From positions 1,922,001 to 1,986,000 of the forward strand of contig NC_043003.1 in assembly GCF_006345805.1 (NCBI RefSeq): a stretch of DNA of 64,000 bases, given 5' to 3'. Source of the stretch: Octopus sinensis. Lineage: Eukaryota. Of the stretch, positions 13,033-26,329 are shown in pieces. Both the position numbers and the translations under genes were made by a program. Numbering within the stretch: position 1 is the first letter of the stretch; every line of letters starts with the position of its first letter. The notes beneath the pieces are model-generated. The model did no database searches, was not told the origin of the DNA, and saw nothing but the letters and a program-made list of their open reading frames with translations.

Positions 13033-13195
13033 CAAAATAAGCAACAGGGATATCCAGATATACCTCTGTATATCCTTGTTGCTTATTTTGATTATAATCA
13101 CCCCATTTGATTTATATGGATAATACCAGACCAAATTCTGGTGCCTTCAACTTAAGTACCATATTCAACTGAATCTAAATTTTACTGAACTTATA
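13033..13195 (+). mobile_element. Short Penelope-like 3' end fragment with an inverted 5' extension
   Basis: Similar to 1925-2050. Hairpin formed by 13033-13058 and 13065-13090. Flanked by (TA)n. Confidence 0.55.
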
Positions 13196-13200
13196 TATAT

Positions 13201-13237
<37 letters not shown>

Positions 13238-14132
13238 TGTATAAACAAGCTGTTTCTTTAGCTTTGTGTGATCATACTCACAGTCCAATCACTGAAATAG
13301 GTAAAAGACAAAATAATATACAACTTAGGGAAGGAAAAGGTAAGTCTTCCAAACGGAGACTTCACGGAATCATAGACCCCCCCCCCCGCAAAAAAAAACC
13401 CCAAAGAACTTCAGGATATCAATTTGTATATTAATTATCCGTACTTACTTTATCAACGATAAAAAGAAAAAGAAAAAAAAATCTTTCAATTCAGTAAGAT
13501 ATCGAACCCATTACATCGACCATCTAATTTGATCTTTTTCTTTCGCCTTCTGAGAGACATCATTCATGTTTTATTTTTACATGTATCTGAATCAGATTGA
13601 AGACTATTTGCAAAGTAGCTGGGCCTTGAATTTATGTCAACAATAAATAAAACAGGATTTTTTATTATTATTATAGCGAATGAATGAGAGATATTTACGA
13701 AAATCCAAATCTTTTTATTGTTAACTGAACATATGTAACTTTAGACGTGATAATAGTAACGTTTCTTTTTTATTTGTTCCTTGTTACGGTAAAAATTTGT
13801 ATGCCACACCCAACTGCGGCAACCTGAACAAAGATATTATTTCTTTAGTAAATAAAGATTCATTTTACTTTTTGTGTCAGCAAACAGTTTTTTTTTTTCG
13901 TCTTTTCCATTGTATCTTCTGTTTTCGCACAGCCGCGTAATGCTGTGAAATACACAGAATTAGCGAACGGCGACTCCTACCTTCATTTCTTCGTCCCCAA
14001 TCACATTTCACACGTGAGAAAATCGCGCAAAATAACATATTCATCGGGATCACACACACACGCACGCAAACGCACGCACGCACACACACACACACGCAAC
14101 ACATACATACAAACATACATACATACATACAT

Positions 14133-15000
14133 AAATGAAGAAGACAGTAGAATTGACACGAAGCGCAGCCTCTCTTGGACACAAGATCACTACATCACAT
14201 CACACTTTGAGGGCTATGCATTTGCAATCCAGGAACAGGAGATTGCTACAAAGCACCTGGTGAACAAGAGGGACAGAGTCGCTCTTGCAATCCCAAGGTG
14301 CAACCGCATGTGTAGGCTATGTCATGTTTCTGAGGAAGACATCGCGCATGTGATTAGCGGCTGTCCTAAAATGTCGTCATAGTACCACCGCCCTACGCGG
14401 CACGATGTTGTCGCTAAAACAATTTACAATACCATCCGCAAAAAAGACTGTCCTGAAATAAACTTAGAAAATCCCTCTGTTATGGAATACATTCATAAAC
14501 ACCAACTCAAGGAATACTGGTGGAATATTCCCATCAAAACTTCTGCCAAACGTAAACATAACAGGCCGGATATTGTTGTTTGGGACAGAGGGCAAAGGTA
14601 TGTACCATTACAGAGGTCAGCTGCCCTGCAGATATCAGTAACTCTTTGAAAATAAAAGAAAAAGATGATATCTATGGACAACTGCTTTGAAACCTCCAGC
14701 TTCTATATCCAGACTATGAATTCATATTCATACCAATAATAATTGGAGCACTAGGTTTTGTTAGTAAATGCTTAAAAGAGAATCTGGATAAACTGGGATT
14801 TTCAGGAAGAGAAATCGACCAGCTAATTCGTACATTACAAGTGCAATCTGTGAGTGGAACAATAAAAATATGCAAGACTTTACTTAAGTTCCGAATGTGA
14901 ATTTGTCTGTGTTAACAACATCCCAAAGATGGAGCTTTGTGTCTTTGTTGGAAACCGGTTTCCTCCTCAGTGGAAGATTTATAATAATTAAAAAATAGAA
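14133..15000 (+). mobile_element. R4/Dong-like non-LTR retrotransposon, 5'-truncated, in (TACA)n
   Basis: FAIQEQEIATK, CRLC..H..C zinc knuckle, RHDVVAK and HNRPDIVVWD (PD endonuclease motif). Contains stops and frameshifts. Confidence 0.88.
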
Positions 15001-15339
15001 GAAACATACATACATGTAATTTTTTGCACTAATGGGTATATGTCAATTAGTATGTTGAGTAAAGCACGTTCACATTTTGGGCTACCTGGTGTCATCCACG
15101 GTTGGGATATATTTTTCCGCAGCGTTAGTCGGGATAATAATAATTGAAGAAGGAAACGGAAAAGAAATTTGGTGCCAGTCTTTATTCAGTACGACGATCG
15201 TTTCGGCCCGTCCTGCGTCTGTTCTTTTATGGGTGGGATGTTATGCGTCCGATTGTGTTGCATCGATCAGTGCAGTCTGGGTCACATGACTGTATAAAGT
15301 GGTGTCCCGCAGGCATGTGGTTGTTTACCCGCTGTATCC

Positions 15340-15700
15340 GAGTGAAATCGTTGTTGTAGCCAATGCCAGTGCCACCTGACTGGCACCCGTGCCAATGGCA
15401 CGCAAAAAGCAGAATTCGAGCATGAGCGATGCAAGTGCCGTCTGACTGGCACATGTACCGGTGGCACGTAAAAACACCATTCGAGCGTGACCGATGTCAG
15501 TGCTACCTGACTGGCTTCCTTGGCGGTGGCACGTAAACGCACCCAATATACCCTCAGAGTGGTTGGCGTTAGGAAGGGCATCCAGCTGTAGAAACCTTGC
15601 CAAATCAAATTGGAGCCTGGTGCAGCCCTCTGGCTTCCCAGACCCCAGTCGAACCGTCCAACCCATGCCAGCATGGAAAGTGGACGTTAAACGACGACGA
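15340..15700 (+). mobile_element. SINE-like repeat with a (GAT)/(GAC) tail (copies at 54005-54445 +, 3820-4050 -, 2617-2670 +)
   Basis: Shared GTTGGCGTTAGGAAGGGCATCCAGCTGTAGAAAC and CCAACCCATGCCAGCATGGAAAG..GACGTTAAACGA blocks. Confidence 0.75.
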
Positions 15701-16401
15701 CAATCTACCTATCTATCTACCTATCTATCTATCTATCTATCTATCTATCCACGCACACACAAATGGTAAATTCATGATAAAAATGGCGTAGAGTGGGATG
15801 TGTGTGCGGGTGGGGGGGGGGCAGGGCCGGAGAGAGCGGCCATTTTACGTGTGTTTGCTGCAGGCGAAGCAACGTTGCGTGTAACGAAGGGACGCCCAAT
15901 ATGGATGCCACGCAGCGCGGCCCAAACCCAGGCTACGGCTTCACAGCACCAAAGGTCACATAACGGACGCGCAATGCTGACAGACATTCTGTCCCAACAG
16001 TCTTTGTGCCCAATTCTGTGCTCGTCCATTTGGGTTGAATATTCAACGAATGCGCATGCGCGGAGCTGCTGCTGGTGTGATTCGTGTGGGGATGTGTGGT
16101 AAGAAATTTGCTCCCCAAACACGTGGTTCTGGGTTCAGTCCCACTGCATCGCACCTCGGGCAAGTGTCAGTAATAGAAGACACTCGCTGAAGGGGTGCGA
16201 CGCAGTGGGACTGAACCCAGAACCATGTGGTTGGGAAGCGAGCTTCTTACTACACAGCCATGCCTGCACCTATATACATAAAAGGTATTGGTATTTAGAA
16301 GATCCCAAAAGATCCAAAGAGTGGCAGGTAATGCTAATTAAGTGTTAAAGACAGACCACAGTTAAACTCTTGATTCGATCGTAATACCGCTGAAGAGTTT
16401 A

Positions 16402-16690
16402 TCTCTTATGATAAAAGGCAGATTTTCTCTGCCTCCCACATAGTTTTTAATACAATTGTACAATATAGAATTTCTTCAATTGGAATTTACCTATGATTTT
16501 TCGAAGTAGATTCGATTGGGTCATGGCATATACATTTTTTTCAATTTCACCCCCAATTCAGAAAAAATTCGAGAAAACTCAATATTTTACGATTTGCCTC
16601 TCTCATTTCAAATGCTTTACTCCTGCTATTACCACACACATTCTGCTACTTTCTCTTATTAATGCTTAAACCAATCCTCAAAAAAAAAAA
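16402..16690 (+). mobile_element. Dispersed repeat fragment, possibly a Helitron 5' end (second copy at 51088-51360)
   Basis: Both copies begin TCTYTTATGATAAAAGGCAGATTTTCTCTGCCTCCCA and align for about 270 bp. Confidence 0.55.
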
Positions 16691-16941
16691 GGAAACAGAG
16701 ATCTGTCGCTAACTTTTGGTAGTATTCATTGGCGAGCGTACATCAGTTGTCAATTGTTGAAAGAAAGAAATTGTAAGCTAAGAAGGTGTGTGTGTGTGTG
16801 TATGTGTGCGTGCGTGCGTGTGTATGTGTGTGTGTGTGTGTGAGTGTATGTGTGTGTAGGAAGTGAAGGATAAAAATATGGCAAGAAGTGGACACATGTA
16901 CATATATACATACATACATCCATACATACGTACATGCATAC

Positions 16942-16973
<32 letters not shown>

Positions 16974-17001
16974 GTATTAATGTGTGTGTGTTGTCTCTCT
17001 C

Positions 17002-17386
17002 TCTATAAAGCTGAAGTTGTCTGTGTGCGGCAGGTTTGGTAGCCTTCAACTAACACTATCTCCTCCGAGACCCTGCGACGCAAGTTGACCAAAATTGAGA
17101 GTATGATACAAGAAGGGTTGCTCTTCCTCCCGTAGAAGATAAAATTCAAATCGGACCATGTTAACACCAAAAATTATTTACATCAAAAACGTGCTTATTT
17201 TCTATGAAAATCCCTATTTTTTACGATTTTTTCACTGCTGTGTCGCCACTTTTCGGTGTATTTCAACCAGAAAAATGTTCACTTGAAGAGAATAACAAGC
17301 TACATAATGCAAAATTTTTACTTTTCAAAAAACCCATATTCCAGTGGGTCGAAACAAACCCGAGCAACGCCGGGCGATACTGCTAG
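17002..17386 (+). mobile_element. Non-autonomous Helitron
   Basis: 3' end AAACCCGAGCAACGCCGGGCGATACTGCTAG is identical to that of 7011-7397; the internal sequence differs. Confidence 0.8.
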
Positions 17387-17409
17387 TATATATATATATA
17401 TATTATTTA

Positions 17410-17440
<31 letters not shown>

Positions 17441-17869
17441 GTTATTTATATTAAAGTATGTCGACCTTATTGTCACGGTTGGGATGTCTGTATGTTATTC
17501 TCTTTTATGGTGGTTTATTGTGCTTGAAATGATAAATTCATGCAGCATTTACTGTGATTTGCGTTCGACAATTTGGTCACCAGCTGTGTCCATTGTTTCT
17601 CAGACAAAACCAGGTTTTGTAGTAGTTTATATAAATCTTTATTTTATTGCTTTTCGTAGCAGGTAGCGAACCATACGAAACACACCTAGAATACGTTTCC
17701 TAATATCTATATATTTTAATAAAGATAAATAGTTATTTCATTAGTGAATGACATAAGCCTTTATTGTTAGAGCTTGACATTAATAGGTAATTAATCCCCG
17801 AAGGGGAATTATGAGCCGTAACGTATTAGGTCAGAATAGAAACCTCTTCTTTAAAGAAGCTTTTTATTC

Positions 17870-18125
17870 AAGCGTTATGTTGGGTAACAATCGATAGAGT
17901 ACGATCGCGAATAGAAGTGGCGGAAATGGGTTCCATCGAAGGATCTCTGGATCAACAGGATGCGTATCTCGTAGATCAGGGGTCTTTCCAGATCGAGCTG
18001 GTATTTCGAGCTCACAGATCCGGTACTTTGGGCATTTGATTAGAATGGCGCACGAAAGAATCGCAAGACGGCTTCTTGAAGCCGAGCTAACCGGGAGGAG
18101 ACCTACGAGTAGACCGGTCACGCTC
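17870..18125 (+). mobile_element. RTE-like LINE C-terminal fragment
   Basis: Translation IRYFGHLIRMAHERIARRLLEAELTGRRPTSRP. Confidence 0.7.
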
Positions 18126-18195
18126 CGTCCATAAATTGTCATGATGGTTACTCTCATGATCGGATCCTGTTGTGTGCATGTATGTGTAGGAGTAC

Positions 18196-18677
18196 CGACA
18201 ATTCAGCACCTGACAATTCAAAGCATAGACAATTCAGCGCATGTAACATATGTAATTCATTATTGCATTTTACTGGTGTTGGTTGTATATCAAAAACACA
18301 TACACATGCAACCTGCGGACACAGCAGTCATGGAAGAGATTAACTCTACGTAAACAAAGAGCATACATGAAACAAACACCAGCAAATAAACATGAACATA
18401 TATATAAATACATATGAAACGATGACTACACCTTTTGAATCTTCTATGAAAATTGAACTAGTTAACTACAGGTTCAAAGTAGGGGGATCAGTAAAATTGA
18501 TCCACCGTTTAATATTTATTGCTTTAGTATTTAAAAAAAATATTTTATATTTCAAATATATTAAATATTTTAAAATATTTTGATTCAATAGACTTAGACT
18601 GAGTTTCGTCCCCAAAATAACCTTTACCTTTGTCCAATAAGATGCTCTGCGCTGAATTACCTAGCGCTGAATTGTCG
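18196..18677. mobile_element. MITE-like element with repeated subterminal inverted motifs
   Basis: GACAATTCA(GC) three times at the left end and GCTGAATT(GTC) twice at the right end. Confidence 0.55.
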
Positions 18678-19855
18678 CGTCTCGTTACGTGTATTTTGCG
18701 CCAGAGTATTCCTATTCGTTCGATGTCCGCTCTGTTTTAGGTGGTCGTCAACTCTAGACTTTTCCCGCTCGCGCCCTCAGTCGCTCTCGACTTCTCTTTA
18801 TTCCGCTGATGAACGATCGATTCGTTCCGTTTATAAAATGGCAAATTTTTTTTTTTACTGTGGACGTAAGTTACTGTTTCAGTTTACTCAGTCTATATTC
18901 CTTACAACTATTTACGTTCTGAGTTTAAATGCTTTTGAGATCGACTTTACCTTCCATCTTTTCGGGGTCGATAAAATAAGTACCAGTTGATCACTGGGGT
19001 CGAGGTCATCGATTCCCCCCACCTTTAAAAAAATCTCAAACATTGTACCTGTAGTAGAAAAGAAAAATAAAGCTATTGTTGTTTTGCGTCCTGTTAGCTC
19101 TGATTATGCAAAGGTCTGCCTGATCAAGGCTGACCAGATGTATTCCAAAAGTATTCCAGAAATGCTTCGTCCAAGTGTATCATCATCAATCGCTGCACAT
19201 CACTGTCTTGTGCCCCAGGACTCATGAGGCCCGTTGCCCGGCTTCCATGGCCTATAAGCGTCAGGGGTCACAACATTCCCCAGAACAGGACACCAATCTA
19301 TTGTAGGGATGGTGACCCATTTACAGCTGAATGGACAGGAGCAACGTGAAATGAAGTGTCTTGCTCAAGAACACGATGCACCGCTCGGTCCTGGAATCGA
19401 AATCCCATCCCAACCACTAGGCCACCAACCTTTGCGTCCAATGTGTACCTGTTTTAAAAAGGTAGGGTGTGATTTTAAGAAATTTGGTTGTTATTCCTAG
19501 AAGGTCGAGAGAGTGCGCAGAGGTTTTTTTGTTGGCTCCAGTTATTATTAATGTCACCGCTGATGCGTAATTAACCATTTCAATAGCTTCGTGACAACTC
19601 CACTGAGTTGTAATTTAAAAAGCTTATTTTGTATATTTATATCACATAGCAGGTCATTCATGTAAGCATTTAACAACAGAATATTTTCTGTCCCTGAAAA
19701 TTTATAAAAAGGCCAGTCTTAAGGATGCGGTCCTAGCGATATTAAGGATGTGATTTCCCTAGGGAGATCCTCGGTTTCAGCGAGGTTTCACATGAGCGAC
19801 CACGAGAAGAGAGTTCTAGTTGTGTGTTGTCCTTGTTTAATGGGGTATGGCCAGT

Positions 19856-20043
19856 TTATGCTTTCTTGGTAGGAATAGATTTTGTGTTTGTTATTTTCGC
19901 AGTTGAAAGAATCAGGATTGGTGTATTCCCGTCGGAGGATCCTTCGAGGTTGCTGTTAATGGAATCAGTGCAGTTTGGGCTTGTGGTGTCTCGGTCGCAT
20001 GGAAATTTCAGGGAAGAATCTTCTGCGTAAGAGTATGCATTGT
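19856..20043 (-). CDS. Candidate host gene, terminal coding exon (DNAYSYAEDSS...PTKKA*)
   Basis: Acceptor CATTAACCTACTTGCCCTTATATCAG; phase 1 entry; open to TAA. Confidence 0.55.
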
Positions 20044-20110
20044 CTGATATAAGGGCAAGTAGGTTAATGATGTGCAGAAGGATGAGACAAAACCGAACCC
20101 TACGTCGCAC

Positions 20111-20170
20111 CAGAGGTGACAGAATGAGGGAGAGAAAGAGGTCCGTCAAGAGATACCGTAATAACGTAAT
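20111..20170 (-). CDS. Candidate host gene exon 5 (DYVITVSLDGPLSLPHSVTS)
   Basis: Pyrimidine-rich acceptor ..TTTATCAG; 60 nt, phase 1-1. The donor GTGCGA is weak and gives a 67-nt intron. Confidence 0.45.
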
Positions 20171-20299
20171 CTGATAAATAGCTAATGAATAAAGAGATGA
20201 AAGACAAATGGCACGTTAGCCAAATACGACCCAAAAAAGTTTGTTGATGTCGAGACGGACAACGTTGCTTTCAATAAATCATTCCAAGTCTACAACATT

Positions 20300-20620
20300 C
20301 TGCTGTGTAATGGGTGAATAAGTCTTTATGGAAGCATTGAATCAAAATTCTCAGTTTTTCGCTCAAACAAAGGTCAATGGACCAGGTAATTATGAATTTG
20401 TGAGGACTTGTCTCACGCATTTTCTATTGGGACTGATAAATGAATGTTTGTGCTTGTAATAACGGTTTTTGAATGCGAGTTCCGTTTTCCCAATGTATTT
20501 TTCTTTCAACCTTGGCATTGTATACTATCAACATTGCCAGGTAGTTACCATCTGGTGGATAGTTCCCGCGAGTTCGACAGTCGCATGATCTTTATTGGCT
20601 AACTGTTTGCATTTGTCTTC
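20300..20620 (-). pseudogene. Penelope-like GIY-YIG relic (intronic)
   Basis: Translation fragments KKYIGKTELAFKNRYYKHKHSF and ITWSIDLCLSEKLRIL. Confidence 0.65.
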
Positions 20621-21006
20621 TATTCAAATTCTTGCAAGCTGAATAACTAACCTCAACACAGTTCCTATTCAATCCAGTTCCTATATACAATACATATTGC
20701 TTATATTTTACGTATCTTCAATACAATATATATCCCGTCCTTATGTATAAAGTGATTGCTAAAATATGATTTAATTTCTTTTACCTTTTATTTGTTTCAC
20801 TCATTGAACGGCGACCATGCTGGAGCACGCCTTGAAGGGTATTGTCGAAAAAATCGATTCCAGTACTTATTTTTAAGTCTGGTACTTATTCTATAGGTCT
20901 CTTTTGTCGAACCGCTAAGTTGCAGGGACGTAAACAAAACAAACCAAAGCAGTGGTGGTGGACGAACACAACACACACACATTATATATGTCTGTATATA
21001 TGTAAA

Positions 21007-21057
<51 letters not shown>

Positions 21058-21265
21058 GAGAAATTTCTGTCAGTTTCTACCAAATCCACTTATAATGTTT
21101 TTGTCGGCCTGGGGTTATAATAGAAGACCCTTGCCCAAGGTGCAGCACATAGGAACTGAACCCAAGACTACATGGTTGGGAAGCAGACTTCTTACCCACA
21201 CAGCCATGTTTGTACAGATATAAATGTTAAGATATAATAGGTACTCTTGCAAGAATTTTACTTAC

Positions 21266-21331
21266 CATCAATGGAACCGTCAGATAAAGTAGAATATTGA
21301 TGCGGAGGTGAGGTCGTTGTGGTTTCCGGTT
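21266..21331 (-). CDS. Candidate host gene exon 4 (EPETTTTSPPHQYSTLSDGSID)
   Basis: Long polypyrimidine tract upstream, consensus donor G/GTAAGT, 66 nt, phase 1-1. Confidence 0.65.
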
Positions 21332-22199
21332 CTTCAGCAATAATGTTTGACCAAACGAAAAATGAGAAAAAGAAAAAAAAGAAAAAAATATTGTTTTGTG
21401 CGATGTTAAGCATAGCTTGCCATAATCTTCGTTGCTTCATAACAACACAGCGTCCTCCCATACAGATCAAAATATAGCCACATAATTTTTCTAAATGTTA
21501 TTATCAGACAACACAGCTTTGAATAAAATACATTTATGTAGAGTCATGCTTGATACACACGCACACACGCAACTGGCATTCGGTCAGTTATGATAATGAG
21601 GTTTCCAGTTGATCCAATCAGAGGAAGTTTGCTCGTGAAATTAACGTGCGAGTGGCTGAGCACTCCCACATACAAGGGGACCCTTAACGTAGCTCTGCGG
21701 GAGATTCAGCAGCTGAATGTCCAGTAAGCCGTGCCAAATGACGAGCGCCTGAACAGCTGCGCCCGACTCTACCGACAAGAACACATGGCTGCGAAGCAAA
21801 CTTTAAACACCCGACTAAATCCATTTCCTACAACCTAATATATATATATATATATATTCTTTTACTTGTTTCAGTCATTTGACTTCGGCCATGCTGGAAC
21901 ACCACCTTTGAGCCGAAGAAACCGACTCCAGGACTTATTCTTTGTAAGCCTGGTACTTAGTCTATCAAACTCTTTTGCCGAACCGCTAAGTTACGAGGAC
22001 GTAAACACACCAGCATCGGCTGTCAAGTGATTGTTGGTGGGGTGGGGTGGACAAACACATACATCATATATCTATATCTATCTATCTACCTACCTACACA
22101 CACACACACACACATATATATTATATTAAATTAAATTAGAGATAAAACCACTATTAGGCAAATCATACAATGAAAAACTTAAGCCAATACATATATAAG

Positions 22200-22250
<51 letters not shown>

Positions 22251-22462
22251 CGGGCTTCTTTCAGTTTATGGCTACCAAATCCACACACAAGGCCTTGGTC
22301 GGTCCGAGGCGACGCAGTGGGACTGAACCCGGAACTCTGTGGCTGGAAAGCAAGCTTCTTACCACACAGCCACGCCTGCGCTTATAAATATAACTAGAAT
22401 TCCTTCATAATGAAGATATTTAAATATTTATAATGATGATTTTTATAAATATTTCATCTCAC

Positions 22463-22750
22463 CTGTGTTAGTAACGGAATGTTTATCTGTAACACGTTTC
22501 GAAGCAGAAGTGTCCGTTGATAGATCTTTCACATTTGATATGTTTGTGTAAGGCGGAAAAGATTGCGGAGTGGTGCCAAGCGTCGTTTTCGGTTTTTTGG
22601 TAAAAGATTCCGAGTTTGTTTTCGAAGAACTTTTTGTATTCTGCACAGAAGTTGTTGTTTCTGTTTTAATTTTTTCAGTTTCTGTTGGAACATCCGTCGA
22701 AGCTGTTGTCACTGGTTCAGTTGTATTTAATAAATTACCCAGGTTTTTCT
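22463..22750 (-). CDS. Candidate host gene exon 3, Ser/Thr-rich mucin-like stalk
   Basis: Acceptor TTTCTGTCTCTGTTCTGTCTGCAG, donor CAG/GTGAGA, 288 nt open, phase 1-1. Confidence 0.75.
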
Positions 22751-23592
22751 CTGCAGACAGAACAGAGACAGAAATATTGGTTTCAAATTACATATATATG
22801 TAACGGCAACACTATTCGTTGTTGCAGATGTGCAAGATGAAAGATGAGTGATCGAAGTTGTAAAGGAATATTTATTTACCGTTACTTTAATATATGCCAT
22901 ACCACGACGGGTAGGCTAGTGTAATAGTATATAACATAGTTCGTAAAGCATGCAAGGTAAAGAAAGTTAATTTTGGCCTGAATATGTGTGTACACGTTCT
23001 GATAGTAGTATATATACAGAGAGATATGGTAATGTTACAGAGGAAAGAAAGGGAGTTAGTGAAAGTGAGAGTGGTGGGACGAAACAACTGCTTCGTAGGT
23101 GAGTTACCATAGTTGTCCCTTTGTGCCTTTTCCTTTAGAGACGGCATTTTGTTCAGCCGGTTGGCCAGACTGGCTTACGAAGTTCTTGTTTTTATAGCTA
23201 TCCAAAACCAGCTAGAAGGATAGACATATTGTTGAGACCAATAGATTTCGTTGAGGAGGGGAGTATGTTATCTCTATTCTAGCTTTTGGTGGCCTAGAAG
23301 AGGTTAGAAGGGTCAAGTGGCAAAGACATTATTCTGCTTAGTGAGGGCATCTGACAAAAGTAACTGCTGTCACTCACAGACAATCTATTGTTTTACCGTG
23401 AGAAAAGTGCTGTTGGACTGTTGAGTGAAATTTGGCTATCGAGGATCAAATCCACGCTATGCCTGCATGAAACCATTACACACACACACAGACACACACA
23501 CACACACACATATGCATATACGTAAATGCCGAACGCTGAAAATGAGAGGTCAACACTGCATTTGTGGTAAGCTCTTTACCACACACCCTGCG

Positions 23593-23626
<34 letters not shown>

Positions 23627-24913
23627 ATGTATGTATATTGTATGTATGTATGTATGTACGTATGTATGTATGTATGTATGTCTATATGTGTGTGTGTGTG
23701 TTTATGAGAATTCCTTGATACAGTTTTGAAGTGTAAAGGTGAATGTTTTTAAAAAAACCATCTTTTAAAACTGTTACAAAGTCTTTTACCAGGATGTTAC
23801 TAACCTTTTCAAGGAAGAAGTCTTCCCCCCCCCCTAATATGTGAGTGCTTTCGATTAACCTTTTCAAACACGTTTGCTCTTAAAGAGGAAGTTGTTATTT
23901 TTGTAGTAGTACAAGCATATTTGCATTTGTCATTGAAAATATTTCATCTGTTTCGCAAGATTCTTGGTGGAAACCACGTGGTGAGAGAAATATTGGACTT
24001 GGAAGGGTGCACTCCGCTAATCAGAACATATGCACTGATTGCACTCCAGTTTTTTTAAACAATAGCAAAATGGTTAAAAATTAATAACAAAACAGTAAGC
24101 TGCAGTCAGTGTGTGTGTTTTCTTTGGCAGAATGACTTTCCCAAACTAAGGTAATATCTATATTTCTATTGAGAGAATAATACAGATTCATGCGATTATA
24201 TATTTTTGCCATCCGCTTCTTGCTGCCCGAATTTCATCTCTTTTTCTTGGATGCAGTCAACGCTTCTGCTCTTCAGACTTAAGGATAACGGTAAAAATAC
24301 TCGAACCAACGAGGGCACCTCAACATCGTTGTTTGACCTGCTAGAAATAGCAGCTATGTTCGCTCTTATCGTATTAACAAAGGGACGGACACATCGGCTA
24401 ATGTTATCCTGGGATAGCTATGGCGGAAATGCCTTTGATCATAGGTATACTCAACCAGGACTGATGTCTTTTTTATGTTTTATCTTTTGCGTTTCACGGC
24501 CATTGGACTGCGGCCATGCTGGGACAACGCCTTGTCGGGTTTTAGTCGAACAAATTGACCTAGTATTATTTATTGTTCAGTCTGATACTTATTTTACAGG
24601 TCTCTTATGCCGATCCGCTAATGTTACGGGGATGTAAATAGACCAACACCGGCTGTCAAGTGGTGGTGGTGTGGAGAAACACACACACACACACACACAC
24701 ATATGCAACAGGCTTCCACACAATTTCCGTCCACCAAATTCACTCATAAGGCATTGGCCGACCCGAAGGCTATAGTAGAAGCCTCCTGCCAAGGTGCTGT
24801 GAAGTGGGACTGAACCTGAAATCACGTGGTTGCAAAGCGAGCTCCCTAATCACACAGCCACGCCTTAATATTTTTTAAAGAATTTAATAAAATAAAAAAA
24901 ACCTGAAGATTAC

Positions 24914-25106
24914 CGCTGGAGAGAAAGAACAAGGAGGCCACAGCACCGAGAAAAAACAGGAAGAAAACCACCAGAGAAGCGAGCAGCACTTTTAAGCAGC
25001 AACCACCACATCCAGCTCCCCTCCGTCTCCTCCGTCTCCTTCGCCTGGTGTCATCGATGCTGACAGAACGGATATTCCTGCTGCCGCGGAAATATCGAAG
25101 CGGTAA
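24914..25106 (-). CDS. Candidate host gene exon 2: poly-Arg, Cys cluster and transmembrane helix
   Basis: Acceptor TTTGTTGCAG, donor G/GTAATC, phase 0-1. Encodes RRRRRRRRRGAGCGGCCLKVLLASLVVFFLFFLGAVASLFFLSS. Confidence 0.75.
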
Positions 25107-25851
25107 CTGCAACAAACGGTAAAGTTTATTAATGGCGTGTATTTTATCAAAAGGTTCAAACAATTAAAATTTTGATGCGGAGCCAACAGAATTTATGGGG
25201 AGGGGGGGAAGCCATTGACTTCGACCTCGGTATTTAACTGGTACTTATGTTAACGGCCCCGAAAGGATGAAAGATAAAGTCGAACTTGATGGAATTTGAA
25301 CTGAGGGCCCAAAAGAGGATGAAATGCCACGAAGCATCGTGTCCGGCGTGTTGATGATTGTGGCAGCTCACCCCCCCCCCTGAATAGAATTAATAATTAC
25401 TGATCTAAAATTTTGGCACACGGCCAGCAATTTCGGGGGAGGGGATAAGTTGACCCAAGTGAGCAACTGGTACTTATTTTATCGACCCCGAAAGGATGAA
25501 AGGTAAAGTCGACCCCCGCAGAATTTGAACATCAGAACGTAAGAACGGACGAAATGCTGCTAACGGTTCTGGCGACTGCCTTAAGTTTCAAACAAATAAT
25601 AAAAGAAAGATGGATGTCATCTGCTATTATTTATTCTTTTATTTGTTTCAGTTATTTGACTGCGGCCATGCCGGAGCACCACCTTTAGTCAAGCAAATCG
25701 ACGCCAGGACTTATTCTTTGTAAGCCTAGTACTTATTTATTGGTCTCTCTTGCTGAACTGGTTAGTTACGGGGACGTAAACACACCAGCATCGGTTGTCA
25801 AGCGATGTTGGGGGGACAAACACAGACACACAAAACGTATACGTACATATA

Positions 25852-25890
<39 letters not shown>

Positions 25891-26109
25891 ATATATATAT
25901 ATTATATATATATATATATATGTTTCGTCTTGTTCCACGTCTCTGTCCTGTTGTAACAAATGTCTTCTCCGTTTTCGTTCTGTTGATTTTTTCGTCTTCT
26001 TGTGATGTCCTGTACGTATATATATATTTATATATGCATGTATATATACATGTAGATGTCGGTACGTACATATATGTTTGTATGTATGCATATATTTTAT
26101 TTATTACAC

Positions 26110-26200
<91 letters not shown>

Positions 26201-26255
26201 ATATTATATATATATATATATAATAAATCTACAACAAGATTATTCATCTTCTATT

Positions 26256-26299
<44 letters not shown>

Positions 26300-26329
26300 A
26301 TATTTATATATGATAAATTAATAAATAAA

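Noticed and set aside
18800-18835. CTGATGA followed by a short hairpin
   Set aside because: No GAAA or stem I, so not a hammerhead.
23800-24030. Possible extra exon in intron 2 of the candidate gene
   Set aside because: No open frame connects a plausible acceptor to the GTTAGT donor.
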